DNA of 64,000 nucleotides, from NCBI RefSeq assembly GCF_963921235.1, contig NC_086097.1, positions 20,462,001 through 20,526,000 on the forward strand, written 5' to 3'. Origin of the DNA: Mobula hypostoma (Eukaryota). This document shows, in pieces, positions 12,736-26,700 of this stretch (positions are counted from its first letter, which is position 1; the number at the start of each line of letters is the position of its first letter). The notes below the pieces were generated by a model. The model did no database searches and had not been told where the DNA came from. It was given only the letters and a program-made list of their open reading frames with translations. The position numbers and the translations under genes are program-made.

Positions 12736-14612
12736 GAAAAGCATACTAGACTGCCACTCACAAAAGTGGTCATGGATGAAATTTCAAAGAGAAAGGGGAA
12801 GTATAGCATTCCCCCCCAGCAGCTTTGAGCATATCCTTAAGTAATTTAAAATTGTAGCAGATGGTGTATTTAAAATGTCCAGATTACTGAGAATTGAATT
12901 AATTAATTCAATATTAGCAATTTGGCATAAATAACAACACCAGTAATCCTCACTTCACTTTTTTTTTAAAAAATATACAAACAGAAACTTAAGCATTTGC
13001 ATTAAGAATCATTCAGTTAACATTGCCTGGGTGCCTACATTTCATCAATTAAAGACATTCATCGAAACAAAAGTACACAAAGGTTAAGTAGAAATTGTAT
13101 TTAATAAAGCAACTTGTGACAGTGTAATGTACATGGGAATAGACAACCAGCCTGCAGCACCTGTTCTGATAGAAATATAGTCACTGGGTACAATGTTTAA
13201 CTCGTATGCCAGTCCAGTGTCCCAAACTACAAAACAGATCAAGCTTAAAATGTAGTTGCACAAAGGCAGGATACACAAGATGCCTACCATGCAGTTTAAT
13301 CAGCTCAGCTGTTTATTTGCAATGGTACTAAGTGAAATGTTCTGACAAAGCAAATGTTAGATATTGAGAACTTGATCCAGATGACAGTAAATAGGATCAT
13401 GAGCTGGAAATTGTCACAAGTGACTGGACAATTCTCAAAATAGGGCTGCCCAACTGAACTATTACCAACATTTGCTCCTTACAAAAGTCCCATTCTTTAT
13501 TTCCCTCAGTTTTAATACTTTAAATGCCATGGCTTCACCACTAGAAAATTATAAATCTCATCTCCTATGCACTGGTCTTGAACAAGTTTTAGGACAGCTT
13601 TAAATAGTTGCTCATTTTGTTCAAATTAGATTCCACTTGAACTAAGGCAAGATTTTAGGAGATAACAATTACAAGCTGACTGTAATGTGCCAGAACAATT
13701 TAAATAGTGAGATCTCAATCCCATGTTTTTTTAAAAAAAATACCCACTTGTCCTTCAGTGTGCATTTGTTCCTACCAGATAAAATTGTAAATCTCATTTC
13801 CACTCTAATGCTGTTAAAGTAAACTTGATCTTGCCAAAGATATAGGGCTAAAGTCCAGTAATTTTGTGCAAAATAGATTAAAGAAAATGGCACGCATCCA
13901 GTTCTGGAGCCTTTCCAATGCCATCAGAATTTGCAAAGGAAAATTCCATTCTTCTCCTATGATCACTAATGCAAGTTTTACTTGTCCTTTAGGACAATGC
14001 AATTTTTGTGTTATGGTCATTTTTAGTTGAAGACAGCAACCTGTTTTGTACAATTTCTTAGCAGTGGTCTCACCAAAATGCTACACCATACAAATGCAAC
14101 AGAAAACAAACTTGGAACTATTATTTTGGTTTCTCCTTTTATTTGCTCCATTCATTGGCATATTGCATATTCAGTTAAATCAGAATAGCATTTCTTATTT
14201 CCTCTGCACAGATACAAAAATGAAATATTTCAGGGAATGAAAGTGTAATTGGGGAAATTTCTTGCTCTAAAAATCTGGTTCAAGAATAGTCATTTCCTCA
14301 TGGACCTAAAATTTTACAGCAAAATACTGTTACCATTCAAGACTCAGAACTGGCATTTCATACTAGTGTGCAAGGGGGAGTTTAAATACAATTTGAAATT
14401 TCACAGCACAGGGCCAGTTTCCAAATTATTCCAAGACTTTTACTGAATGAGAATTTAGCAGCTGAAAAACATACCACTGTGTGATGGATGCTTAAAAGCC
14501 TCAGTTGCAGGCTGGCTTGACCATAAACAAGGATGACAGAGAAGTGAAATGAACAAAGGTCTAAAGCTTTTCTGTAGTCATAAGTTAGATATGGGTTTGA
14601 GAAACTATCCCA

Positions 14613-14785
14613 TTAGAACAGTCGTACATTGTATCCAAAAGTCTGCTTAATTCCGTTAAAGTAATAACGCTGCCATCCTGCTTTTGTCTGATCTTCCTCA
14701 CCTAATGGAACACCTCTACATTCCACTTGAAGTTCTGTTCCATCGTTCTTGCCCAAAAACGTCAACTTGATAGTCGCATAGTGTT
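14613..14785 (-). CDS. AHSA1: AHSA1-like exon 9, last coding exon ([10 protein letters not shown]...[21 protein letters not shown])
   Basis: Acceptor gctttcAG; TAA at 14615-14613; corresponds to ORF 14613..14819. Confidence 0.96.
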
Positions 14786-17700
14786 CTGAAAGCAATCCAG
14801 TGGCAATTAAATTATTCAAGATAAAATAGTAGCTGCATTTTAGTCAACTAAGACACGAAATATGAACTCATTCATGTTGATGCACAAATCAGTGGAAAAA
14901 GTAGTAAAATGTTTTGTGTCAAATATTAAAACTAAACATGTATTGCAGACAAAACTGATTTAATGCGCATATTTTCCCAGCATCAGATGGTGCTTAGGTA
15001 TCTGACAGGTCTGGTTCCTTCACTTCTGACGTTGATGTTGCTGAATTAATCACATGAATCCCAAGCTCAAGTGTTCTAGTATACAACAATCCCCCAGCAA
15101 CACACAATGCTGGAAGAACTCAGCAAGCCAGGCAGCATCCATGGAAAAGAATAAACAGTCAACATTTTGGACCAAGGCACTTCATCAAGACTGAAAAGGA
15201 CGAGGGGAAGTAGTACTAGTTGGGAGGTGAAATTGGAAGAGGGGTGAAGAGCTAGGAAGTTCATTGGTGAAAGGGCTGAGGGAGAATACCTTTGATAAAG
15301 CATTAGAAAAATTAAAAAGGCAATCTAATAAGTGATTTTTTTTCCTTTTAATATCCAATGGAATTGCAACTTTATATGGCTGCAGATAGTGTAGCAAAGA
15401 GCAAATAAAGCTTGGTTTTTAATTTTTTAGAACGTACATTCTCTACACTTGTTTACATTCAACACAATGTAAAGAGAGACCTACCTGCTGGCCATGACTT
15501 GTACCTCCATTTCATAACAATCCGTTGGTCAGAAACCTAGCAAGCAAAATTAAACTCATAGGTTAAATATTTTTAACTACCCCTCTTCCAACCCCACACT
15601 GTTCAAAATGTGTTTGCTATTGATATAGAATTATATAGTGTAGAAATAAGACCTTTGGTCCACCATATTCTTAACCTGTTTTCTTATCTACACGAATCCC
15701 ATATGCCCAAGTTAGGTCAGTTTTTGTCCACATCTTGTCTACTTAAGGTCTAAATGCATCTTAGACCACCACCTCCTTCACCAGCAAAGTATAGATGTCA
15801 AAATAAATTTCTCCTCAAATTCCTTTTAAAGCTCTCTCCTCCCATCTTAAACCTATCCTTGTTTTGATAAGCCAGATGTGGGCATCCGTCCTATTCATAC
15901 AAGTTTGTCACTCATCAGCTGCCTTCACTCTAGGCAAAACAAACCCAACCTATCTACTTTCTTCCATAATTAAAACCCTCCTATCTGGGCAACACCCCAA
16001 TTAATCACTTTTACATCCTCTCCTTTAGCAGGTTGCAGAATGCAAAAGGTTGGTTCTACTGGTGGATACAACACTAGTCAGATCCCAGCTCGAGGACTGC
16101 ATGCTGTTCAGATAAATACAAAATAAGCAGACGGATGAGATTTATGGCATGTTGCCAGGACTGTAAAATTATAACTGAGAAAAGTATTAGAATGATCTTT
16201 GGTTAAAAGGTCATCACAACAGTGGGCCAAAGGACCTGTATTGTGATGTATAGGTTCTCTGCAGAACTGAATGAGTCAAGGATTTTCTTTGGAAGATAAT
16301 CCCCTGAAGGTAGACAAGTGTTTTAAAATGGGAAATAGATAGGAATTGTGAAGTAAATAGAAAGGTCTAGTTGCATATTTAAAGTAATGCATATGGAAGA
16401 GTCCCCTCCAGAGCTACGATCTGCGCAACGTCATCAAGGCAGCGAAACAATACAGGGTCAAAATCCAGACAATTCTCTACCAACATCACCTGCAGCTTAC
16501 ATCGCAGACTTCAAAGCTAAATGCAGTGGTGCTGCCAACATCGCTGCCTCTCTCCCAGATGAGCTAAATCCTTTTTACACCCTGTTTGATGTCACCAGCA
16601 CTGAGCCTCCGAGGAGAACTGGCGATGCAACCTACACCTTGGTCATCTGAGGCTGAGGTACGCAAGTGTTTCCAACGAGTGAACATCTCGGGGCATGTAC
16701 TCAAGCGTGTGAGTGGCACAACTGGCAGGTGTGTTTGCAGACATTTTTAATCTCTCCCTCTCCCAGTGTAGGGTGCCCTCCTGCTTCAAAACATTCATCA
16801 TTGTCCCTGCACGTAAAAAGATCAAGGTAACATATCTGAACAATGCGCTCACCTCAATAATATGCAAATGCTTTGAGAGGCTGGTCAAGGACTACATCTG
16901 AAGCATGCCACCACCTACATTGGACCCCCTACAATTTGCCTACTGATACAACTGAATGACAGATGCCACAATAGACACAGCTCTACGCACCTGGTGAGGA
17001 GGAATACTTATAGGAGAATGCTGTTCTTGGGCTAGTTCAGCATTCAACACCATAATTCCCCCCAGGCTTGACAAGAAGCACAGAGACCTCGGCCTTCACC
17101 CTGCTTGTGCAGCTGGATCATGGACTTCCTGTCAGATTACCGGCAGGTGGTAACAGTGGGCACCCTTACCTCTGCCCCTCAACAGAGGAGCCCCCAGGGC
17201 TGGGTCCTGAGCCCCACCCACAGCCCCAATCTGCTCATTAAATTTGCTGATGATACATTAATTGGCCTCCTCTCAACTAATAAGGCAGCCGACAGAGAAG
17301 TCATCATCACCCTGACATAATGGTACCAAGAAAATAACCTCGCTTCAATGTCGCAAAAACAAAGGAGCTGGTTGTGGACTATAGGAGGAACGGAGACAGG
17401 CTCACCCTTATTGACATCAATGGATCTGGGGTTGAGCGGGTATACATACCACTGAGGATGTCACTTGGTCTGTACACACCAGCTGTGTGGTGGGAAAAAA
17501 AGCATAACAGCACCTCTTTCACCTCTGACAGTTGAAGTTTGGCATGAGTCCCCAAATCTTAAGGACTTTCTACAGGGGGACAATTGAGAGCATCCTTCCT
17601 GGTATGGGAACTGTACTTCCCTCACTCATAGGACTCTGCAAAGAGTGGTGCAGACAGCCCAGCGCATCTACGACAGGTGCGTAAAAAGGGCCCGAAGATT

Positions 17701-20700
17701 CATTAGGGACCCGAGTCCCTCCAGCCACAAACTGTTCCAACTGCTACCATCCTAGAAACTGTACCACAGTGTTAAAGCCAGGATCAACAAGCTCCAGGAT
17801 AGCTTCTTCCACCAGGCCATCAGATTGATTAATTCACACTGACAATTGTACTTCTAACCTATATTGTCTGTTCTGTTGTACAACTTGCAGTACATACTAT
17901 TTATTACAAATTATAATTTGCACATTCTACATTCAGATGAAGACAGTGGAAAATTTTTTAGTCCTAACTTATGTGAAGAATGTATAAAATAAAGTCAATT
18001 CAATTAAACTGCACTTGGGTCTATATTTGAAGAGCAACAAGCTTAAGGGCAATGAATGAAGTGCCAAAAGAAAGATTTGGTGGAAAGTACATGGACCAAG
18101 TGGCCTCCCAAGTTTTAAAGGTCAACTCATCTTTGAAGTCTGGAAGTATACTGAACAGCTGGCTGGCAAATTAAGCAAATTGGAAAAAACATTTATATGG
18201 GGTAATTTTTTGAAAGTGCCAATGAAAAAAGCTTAAATTTACTACATAACTATTGTAATCTTTGTGCTTGTTAAATGTCTCAACACAGTGGCCCTGAATA
18301 CAACAGAACTAGCTGCAGGAGCTTTGATTACACTGTGGGAATATAGCATGGGAACATGGAAGTTAAATGAATTTAGAGGTGGGACCTGTTAAGTGTGGCG
18401 ATAAGTAATAATTGGTTCTGGTTCAGTGCTTCAAGCTGATGCTTCATTTACTTACGCATTTCATATCAGTGCAATGGCTTTTAAAGTAGAGCGCTTGGGG
18501 ATTTGAGTGTCATTCTTGGAGGCCTCATCAACAGTGAGCAGTGCTATGGGTCAGCAGGACGGAAGAAAGTATTTCACCATGAGAGGGGCCCCTACACACT
18601 TAGGTCAGTATTTTAGTGTTTATTCTGTTCTATAGATTTGTAGATCTAGATAGAGTTTGTCTTTTGGTTTATTCAAGCCACTTCTGCAAACCTTTTGATG
18701 CAACATGACCTTGGAAAATATTCAGTAATTCTTTATGCTTTCCCCTTACAAAATACATAGTACTATCTTTACCAAACTGCTTATGTGATTTGGGCAAGAC
18801 TAAGGATGCACAAGTGGTTCAGATTCTGATCTCAGCAGCATTGTTGGAAAATTGCAACTTGTAAAAGCAATATAAAATTCATATTCACCAGTTCCAAAAA
18901 TTCTCCGCTGACACTCCCATCAAGCAATCGAAATTTTCCTCCCTTGGTAGCCTCGACAGCAGCTGATGCATGTGTGAAAGCCTGGACAAGCTGAAAATTA
19001 GAAGACAGTCAATATAGTTCCGAGAATAAACCAATTCTTTTGTTTGAGGCAAATCTCTTTTCTCAAATGACAATTAGAAACTATATTACTTTCATGCAAA
19101 TAACCAAGCCAGCCTTCAGCAAGAGAAAAAACCTCCCTTAATGTTCTAATCCAGAGGATCCTTAAAAGATTATTTTTTTAAAATTAACTGTTGATCATAA
19201 ATTAACCTTAATTTCTAACTCAAGAACCAATTCCAATCAAGACCAAATTATTACACTATGAAGATAGCCTTATAGATCTATTATGAGGATTACTCTTCAC
19301 CTCCAGATTGCAATTTTGAGGACAAATTATTCAGACAGTCCAAATTAGCAAGCATGCCAGAGGAAGAATAATTTTCATAAAGAATCCCCCCCCCCCCAAC
19401 CAAATTAGTTTATTCTCAGATGACTGGAGCTAAATTCTTTGTCACCTTATTTCAATTCAATTGTCATATCCATCCAACATCAAGGCAGCATTTGACTGAA
19501 GGTGGTATCAAGAAATCTTGTAGGAAATTAAGTAAATGAAAACCCAAAGAAAAATGCCTTCAAGGCTCCTACACTTACAAAATACAATTGTTCTACATAT
19601 TCTAGAGCATTTAATATAGATGGGAAAGCAGCCAATGTAATCCCAGTACTTAGAGAGAAACTGGAAACTATAGATCATTCAGCATGCCAATTCTGGATGG
19701 TAGAAGTTTTGGGATCAGGACAAATGGAAATAAGATTGGGCAGATAATCAGTGAAAGCGAGAACTTTGATAAATCTGTTGGAATGTTGAGGCAGACAACA
19801 GAGTAGTGTATTTGGATTTTCAGATAATGTGCTACATAATTCTAAGCACATATTAGAGCAAGGATAGCAGGAATAAGTAGGCCATTTCAGATAAAATATG
19901 ATCATTGAGCAGTTAGGGCCTTATGCCAACCTATGCCTCTGATTTGTATATAGAGGGGATCCAGTATTACTTATTCAAGCTTGAGAGTACAAAGCTGGTG
20001 TCATTGTATTAAAAACATTAATTAGGAAAGTGGTGTGTAACTCAGTGCCCCACCCCCATTTGCCATTTAATAAGATCATGGCCAATCTGACTGCAAGCTC
20101 AACTCCATACTCCAGTGTACTCCTAGCAACCCTTCAACTTAATCTACCTCTAAAATACTATCACCACAATTTTGGTTGGGTGGGAGGGAAGTAGTTCCAA
20201 GACTCATGAATCAAAAAAAGTCACTAACAGTCTTAAAGTTGAGAATCCCTTATTCTTAAATGATCCCTAGTCTTGCAGGAAACATTCTCCACTTCCACCC
20301 TGTCAAGACCCTTCAAGATCTTGTTTCAATTGCCTTACTTCTAAACTCCAGCAGACAGGTGTAATTTGTTCCATTTGAAGGCCTTACCATTTATTCCAGA
20401 TACCAGGCTAAAAAAAAACCTCAGATCTGCTCCCAATGCATTTATAGCCTTAAAGATCAGTATTGTATACAGTAGTTAGAATGTGGCCTCACCAACATTA
20501 TATATAACTGACCCAACACTGCTGAACCTAGCTCGAAGTCCAAGCATCAGCCCTGAACTCCAAAGATGGAACTAACTTTCAGTACTAATGTGGTGACTAG
20601 GTGTTTCCCACAAGGACAAAAAGATCCCAACCCTAATAACCCAGCTGCAGTATGTAGACAACGCTCAGCGCTATAGTTGGAACCAGAGTGCCAAGCCACC

Positions 20701-23700
20701 ATTGACTCATTTAGTGAAGCAGGAGGATTGGACTTGCAGTCAAAACTCTGCAAGCCAAAATGTCTTCCACCAACCTACCACTGTTAAACAACACTATTCT
20801 CCAACAAAAGATGTTTATGGTGAGACCATGGAATAAAGTAACCAAGCTTGCCTTCCTTACACCAACATACCTTTTGCCTGAATCGACCACAAGCTATGTT
20901 TGAAGATAAAGTCCTCAAACCTGACACAAAAAACTGTCTACAAAGCAGTGATTCCACCTTCCCCAGCCCCCTTTATGCTTTTGATGCCCTACAGTAGAGA
21001 CCTTCAAGAACTGCATGGATACCACAACTCATTCTCTGCAAAATAATGCAAATTCAGTGGAAGGATCAACAAACTAACTTCAGCTTCTTCCCAGCACAGG
21101 CTTAATTACACTCCACCAACTCCACTGGGCATACTGCATTGTCCTATAAAAATAGTTCAGTGACAGGAAGACAGTGGCAGAAAGGGTAGAGATTCAAGCG
21201 AGTACTCAATAGTTCTTGGCAAAACAGCAAGCAGACCTTACTGTCACTCAGATTTTTCATGTGACATTCCCTGGTGGCACACAAGGGCAAACTATGTCAT
21301 TTGTTTCCACCCAGTTAAATTGCTAGCTGACTGTTACGGATACGAAGGTTTTTGACCAAAGAAGAAAGTCGCTTAGCACTTTCGTGCAAGGCTGTTTATT
21401 TGGTGCGTCAAAGTCAAACTTACAAAAATTAGCTAAAATAAAACTGCTAATATTACAAAATGTTACCTGCCAGGAAACACAATGGATAGCTCTGCAATAT
21501 TTTGTCGAGTGTCAACTCCTAACAACTCACTCTTTCCCACCTAGAGCAATCTGCCCCGTTTTTTTTTAAGGCACCAGATCATTCCATTTTTAATTACCCA
21601 CAAGGTTAACCCAAGACTAAACATGAATCAGAATATGATGCACTCCAATGCAGTTACAATCATATTAAAAATCATGTTTAATTATTAGAATAAACAGGGG
21701 TGGAAGACATTGAAGTACGCAGACTCAGCACAATAGCAAGGCAGTGCAGTGTGCGTCCATGCGTAAATATGTTTAAATACGTTTAAAGAGCACGCTCCAC
21801 ACTGACACTTACCTCTTCTGTAATAAATATCTTGTAAAGCTCTTCTGGTGATGTCATAAATTCATCTTTTAAGTTAATTTTGCAGGTTGGAATCTTCACC
21901 CCAACAGATTTAGTCTGGGAAGGTAACTGAGATGTAGCAATCTGAAAAATTAGAACAGTATGGTGTGGAGGGAAAAAGAACTCCAGGTTTCAAACTACAC
22001 AAAGCAGCAGACTGGACAGCCCTACCCCAGTTAGTAAATAATATAATGAACATAATAAATGCACAAAGTAAACTTTTGACTAAAAGGTTTGGTTGCTGAA
22101 CAATTACAACCTGTGAATCAAGCACAAGTTGAGCAGTATATCCTGTTTAAAATCTTAGATTTAGTTACACCGGGCAACTAGTACTATTTTACAGCTAACT
22201 TTCTCCCAAAACCCTGCTATAATTAGCCACAAGATTCTGGGACTATCTGGCATCACAGCTTCCATAAGAGAAAGCAGAATTTAAAAAACACACTTACAGA
22301 AATGAAATGTTCATTTAACTGGAAATATCACTCACTGCCCTGTGTTTCCTTTCCACCAGACCAATTAAACAATGTGTAAAATGTATCATTTTCTAGTTAA
22401 ATGAATCAATGCAAATAAAATCAGTAGTAGAGCATGAAATTATTTATAGTTCAGTAAAGCTTCAATTATCCAGCAACTCTAGGCCTTTGGCAATGCCAGA
22501 CTTGCAAATTTCCCGGATTTGGACACAACCCCTAATTTCACCTTTCAATAAATATTATACATAGTATAGAACTTAAAAAAAAAACAAGAGCAGAATCTAT
22601 TAATGCACTTCAGATTCTGGCTGCAAACCCACCCACATTCCTAACCCCAATCCAACTTTGTCTATACACCCTGTTTGCAAACTGAACACTTCATGCTTCA
22701 GACTAGAATGAGCCAGATGCTGGATGAGTAAGATTTCCAAAAAGTTGGGATGCTGGATGATCAGTTTTACTCTGCAGAACTGTACCAGAAAAAATATCAA
22801 CTGCAAAAGTCATAACTGTTCCCATTCCCACAACCATCACTAGCACATTCTGAAGTAGTTTGGGTCAAAATGACGATTAGTAACTTTCACTAAGGAAAAC
22901 CATTCAGTTATGCCAGCTGTGGCAGTAGTGTCAGTTTAAAAAATTGTTGCCACTGTTCATAACAGTGCAAATTTTACAGCTTTTCTTGTGTTGGGGTTGG
23001 AGTTGGGAAGGTGATACAGATACGAAAAATGGGAGAATTATTCAATTCCAAATACATAATTTAAACACAATTACACAATTTATGGTTGCAGCTTCATTAG
23101 TTGATATTTGTGCTGTGCAATGCCAGAAGTGTTTGTGCACAAAGTCCCAAATTACTTCATCTATTTCCAAATTGGACTTCATTCAATTCAGTTTGCTGAG
23201 ATTCCCAAATCTTTGTGCTGGGGAACCTATTCTCTGATCCTGCAATAGATTATACCTGTACACCATCTGTAGATCCATTATTTCAATGGTAGGGAGAACA
23301 AAAGATAGTGTCTATAAAAAGTATTCACCCACCTTGGAAGTTCTCATGTTTTACAACATTTAATCGCAGTGGATAATTTGGCTTTTTTGACACTGATCAA
23401 CAGAAAAAAGACTTTTTCATGTCAAAGTGAAAAGAGATCTCTATAAAGTGATTAAAATTAATTACAAAAATAAAACAGTAATTGATTGCACAAGTATTCA
23501 CCCCCTTTAAAATGATAGACCAAATCATCACTGGTGCAGCCAATTGGTTTCAGAAGTCATGATTAGTTAAATGGAGATCAGCATGTACAGACATGGTGTT
23601 TCAATTGATTGCAGTAAAAATACACCTGCATCTGGAATGTCCAACTGCTGGTGAGACTGTGTCGGGGCAAAAGCTACACAGGCAAGGCTTAAAAACAAAG

Positions 23701-26700
23701 TTAATGTCCTGGAGTGGCCAAGTCAAGAGTCTGGACCTCAATTCAATTGAGAATTTGTGGCTGGACTTGAAAAGGGCTGTTCACCCAATATCCCCATATA
23801 ATCTGACAGAGCTTGAGCAGTTTTGTAAAGAATGGGGAAAAATTGCAGTGTCTAGATGTGCAAATCTGGTAGAGACCTATCCACACAGACTCAAGGCTGT
23901 AATTGCCGTCAAAGTGCATCTACTAAATACATGAAAACTTCCAAGGAGAGTGAATACTTCTTATAGGCACTGTATTTATCTTAGCAAACAGAAAACTTTA
24001 GTAGTTGCTCTATCTCCCTCCCCTCTACCCACTTATCAGCCTTTTAAGGAAAACCAGTTTCAGAAAAAGCATGATAGTTACTAGAAAGACCAGGAGCATT
24101 GATGATTTTGCTTAATGAATATCATTCAAAAGTTCTGCTGCTCTGAGACCTCATTCATTTCCTGTCCACCTGGCCAGGACTGACAAGTTCAGGCATGTAG
24201 TGATAGTGGTTGGTGAGCTCGTAGCATACCTGCTTATTACTACATCATGCTCCAGGGAGAGCAAAAATCACCACTTAAAATACAATAAAAGCAGTTAATA
24301 GGGGAGGAAGAGGAACCCATTCTAGGGGCCATTACAGATTAATAATTCTAAATGTTGGATAAATTAAGATTTAAGGAGCATAGCCATGGATAGGCTTGAG
24401 GAGTCCTTCAGTCTCTAATCAACTTGGGCCGAAATACCTTATAGCTCAAAGGCATCCAAGACTGATCCTGCCATCAGAATTGATTCAATAAAGAACTTCA
24501 CCCTCAGTGAAGAATCTTGACACCATAGGCGTATCTGGCAGAAAGTATTACAATGCATCAGAAATAAAACATTGCTTTGGCTAACTATTAAAACCAACCA
24601 CAAGGCATTCAGCTTAAATCTCAATAATATCATCAAGTGGGAGCTCTAGAGTTAGGAAGTTTATTATGGACCAGGTCAGCTTTTGTATTGTACACAATGC
24701 CATTCAATTTCAACATGTGGTGTTTTAATAAGACTCAATTCTAGCCACCTGTTCAAGCAAACTGCACTCCTGTGGCACAGCAAGTATGGTACATCAAAAC
24801 TTGAAATTGGAGCTGATAAATAACAGTTAATGTTTCCTTACCTTGGTCTGGAGATCAATCTTGGGTTTAGACTGTGTCTGTTCCTTCTGAACTCCATTTA
24901 CTGTTGGCAATATCATTCCTTGAGTAAATTCTGAAATATGAAAGTAACATCAAATTTGTGCACAAACCTTATTAACTACTGTGGTACTGAGAACACAGAA
25001 GCAGAGTATTTTACAGGAATTACTTCAACTCCAAACTCCAAGATTGTATGACAAGCCATACAAGATGACATATCAAAGTGTGGATGAAAGCAGCTCTACA
25101 TAACTTAAGACCAAAACCATGACAAAAGCAACTAATGAATACATCTCCTCCCTCTTGAAAAAGGATTTACACACTGGGTACATGAGCCTGAAGACCAGTG
25201 TATTAGACAGTTTCTTTCCCATTGCCAGATCTCTGAACAGTCCAGGAAGACTACCTCATTATCCCTCTTTTGCACTATTTTTAAAAAAAACATGATATTT
25301 TCATGTTTTGCAATGTACTGCTGCCACAAAACAAGTTTCATGACATACATCAGTGATAATAAACCTCATTCTGATTCTGTCACTCCTTCTGATCTAGTGT
25401 TTGGCGCTCAAAGTATAACATCTTCATTGGAGAAATCAAATCAGGTTGGGCATCAACTTTGCAGGATATTCTTCTTTAATCAATAAGGGCAAATTATCTT
25501 AAATTATCCCGTCATGAAGCCATTCAGTTAGACTTGAGATTCTCAATGCCATTCCTCCCTACTTATTTACATACAAACTACTGAAATATACCAGTCAGCT
25601 AACGATCTACTCAAAATCATCTGCCATTTACCGAGACAGGAGGGAGATTACAGTAGTCTACCAAGCATGCCTTTAGAATGTTAAGAAAGCAGATCATCTG
25701 GGGAACACCCATGTGTCAGAGAGTGAATGTACAAACTTCACACAGATAACAGCCAAGGTCAGGTTCAAACCACAATGTCTATGCCAAGCATGATGCCAAA
25801 TTAAAGCACCGTAAATTCTGATGTATAAACTGAGAATTTGGCCCTAAATTTTGGTCCTAAAATTTTGGGGGGGGGGGGGTCGGCTTATACAGAGGGTGCC
25901 AACACTTTGGAAAAATGAATACACAGAAGACAGGTTGTATTTATGTCCTGACGAAGGGTCTCGGCCTGAAACGTCGACTGTACCTCTTCCTAGAGATGCT
26001 GCCTGACCTGCTGCGTTCACCAGCAACTTTGATGTGTGTTGCTTGAATTTCCAGCATCTGCAGAATTCCTGTTGTTTGTATTTAGTGGCTGTTTTTGAGT
26101 CAAATACAAAAGAAAATACAAATGCTTATGAAATCTACACAAAAGACCTACAAAACACATTCTGTTTCTCAATTTACTTGTACACACTGCTGTCGTCAAA
26201 CGTTCAGAGCTTGAAACTCTCTCATTATCTGACTCTGAAAATTGTGTCCCATTCTTCGGCAGTCACCATATCATCATAAGGATTATCAATTTCTGCTTTG
26301 ACGTCATCATTTGCGGCTTACTGGCTGCCAAATCACCATCTTCTTCCCAAAGCAAATGATCTTCAGTGCTATCCAAAGCATTGCTGATGCTGCACTTCTT
26401 GAAGGCCTTCACAATGCACTCGGCCTTCATTTCCTCCCACGACTGCACTACCCCCTCGCAAACTGTAGCTAGAGATGCGGCCCTCATATTTCCCACTGAA
26501 GTGAATGACTGATTTCCAGACATCATCCATTCGTTCCACTGTCGACACATGAATCCTTTGAATGGTTTGTTTAAACTCACACCTAGTGGCTGGAGCACAG
26601 GTGTCAAACCACCGGGAACGACTGCAATGTCTGTATTTTCAGCTTTCAATGCTGCTTTTGTCTCACCTGACAAGTGCGCTTTGAACATGTCCCAGACAAG

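Noticed and set aside
18489..18603. Open + strand stretch ending in a donor-like ag/GTCAGT within AHSA intron 7
   Set aside because: Unrecognisable peptide, weak acceptor and no partner exons.
21467..21540. Possible 74-nt poison exon in AHSA intron 6 (ctctAG ... cag/GTAACA)
   Set aside because: Poor polypyrimidine tract; cannot be supported without RNA-seq.
22810..22935. Possible H/ACA snoRNA ending GGGAACAGTT on -
   Set aside because: No convincing two-hairpin fold or H box.
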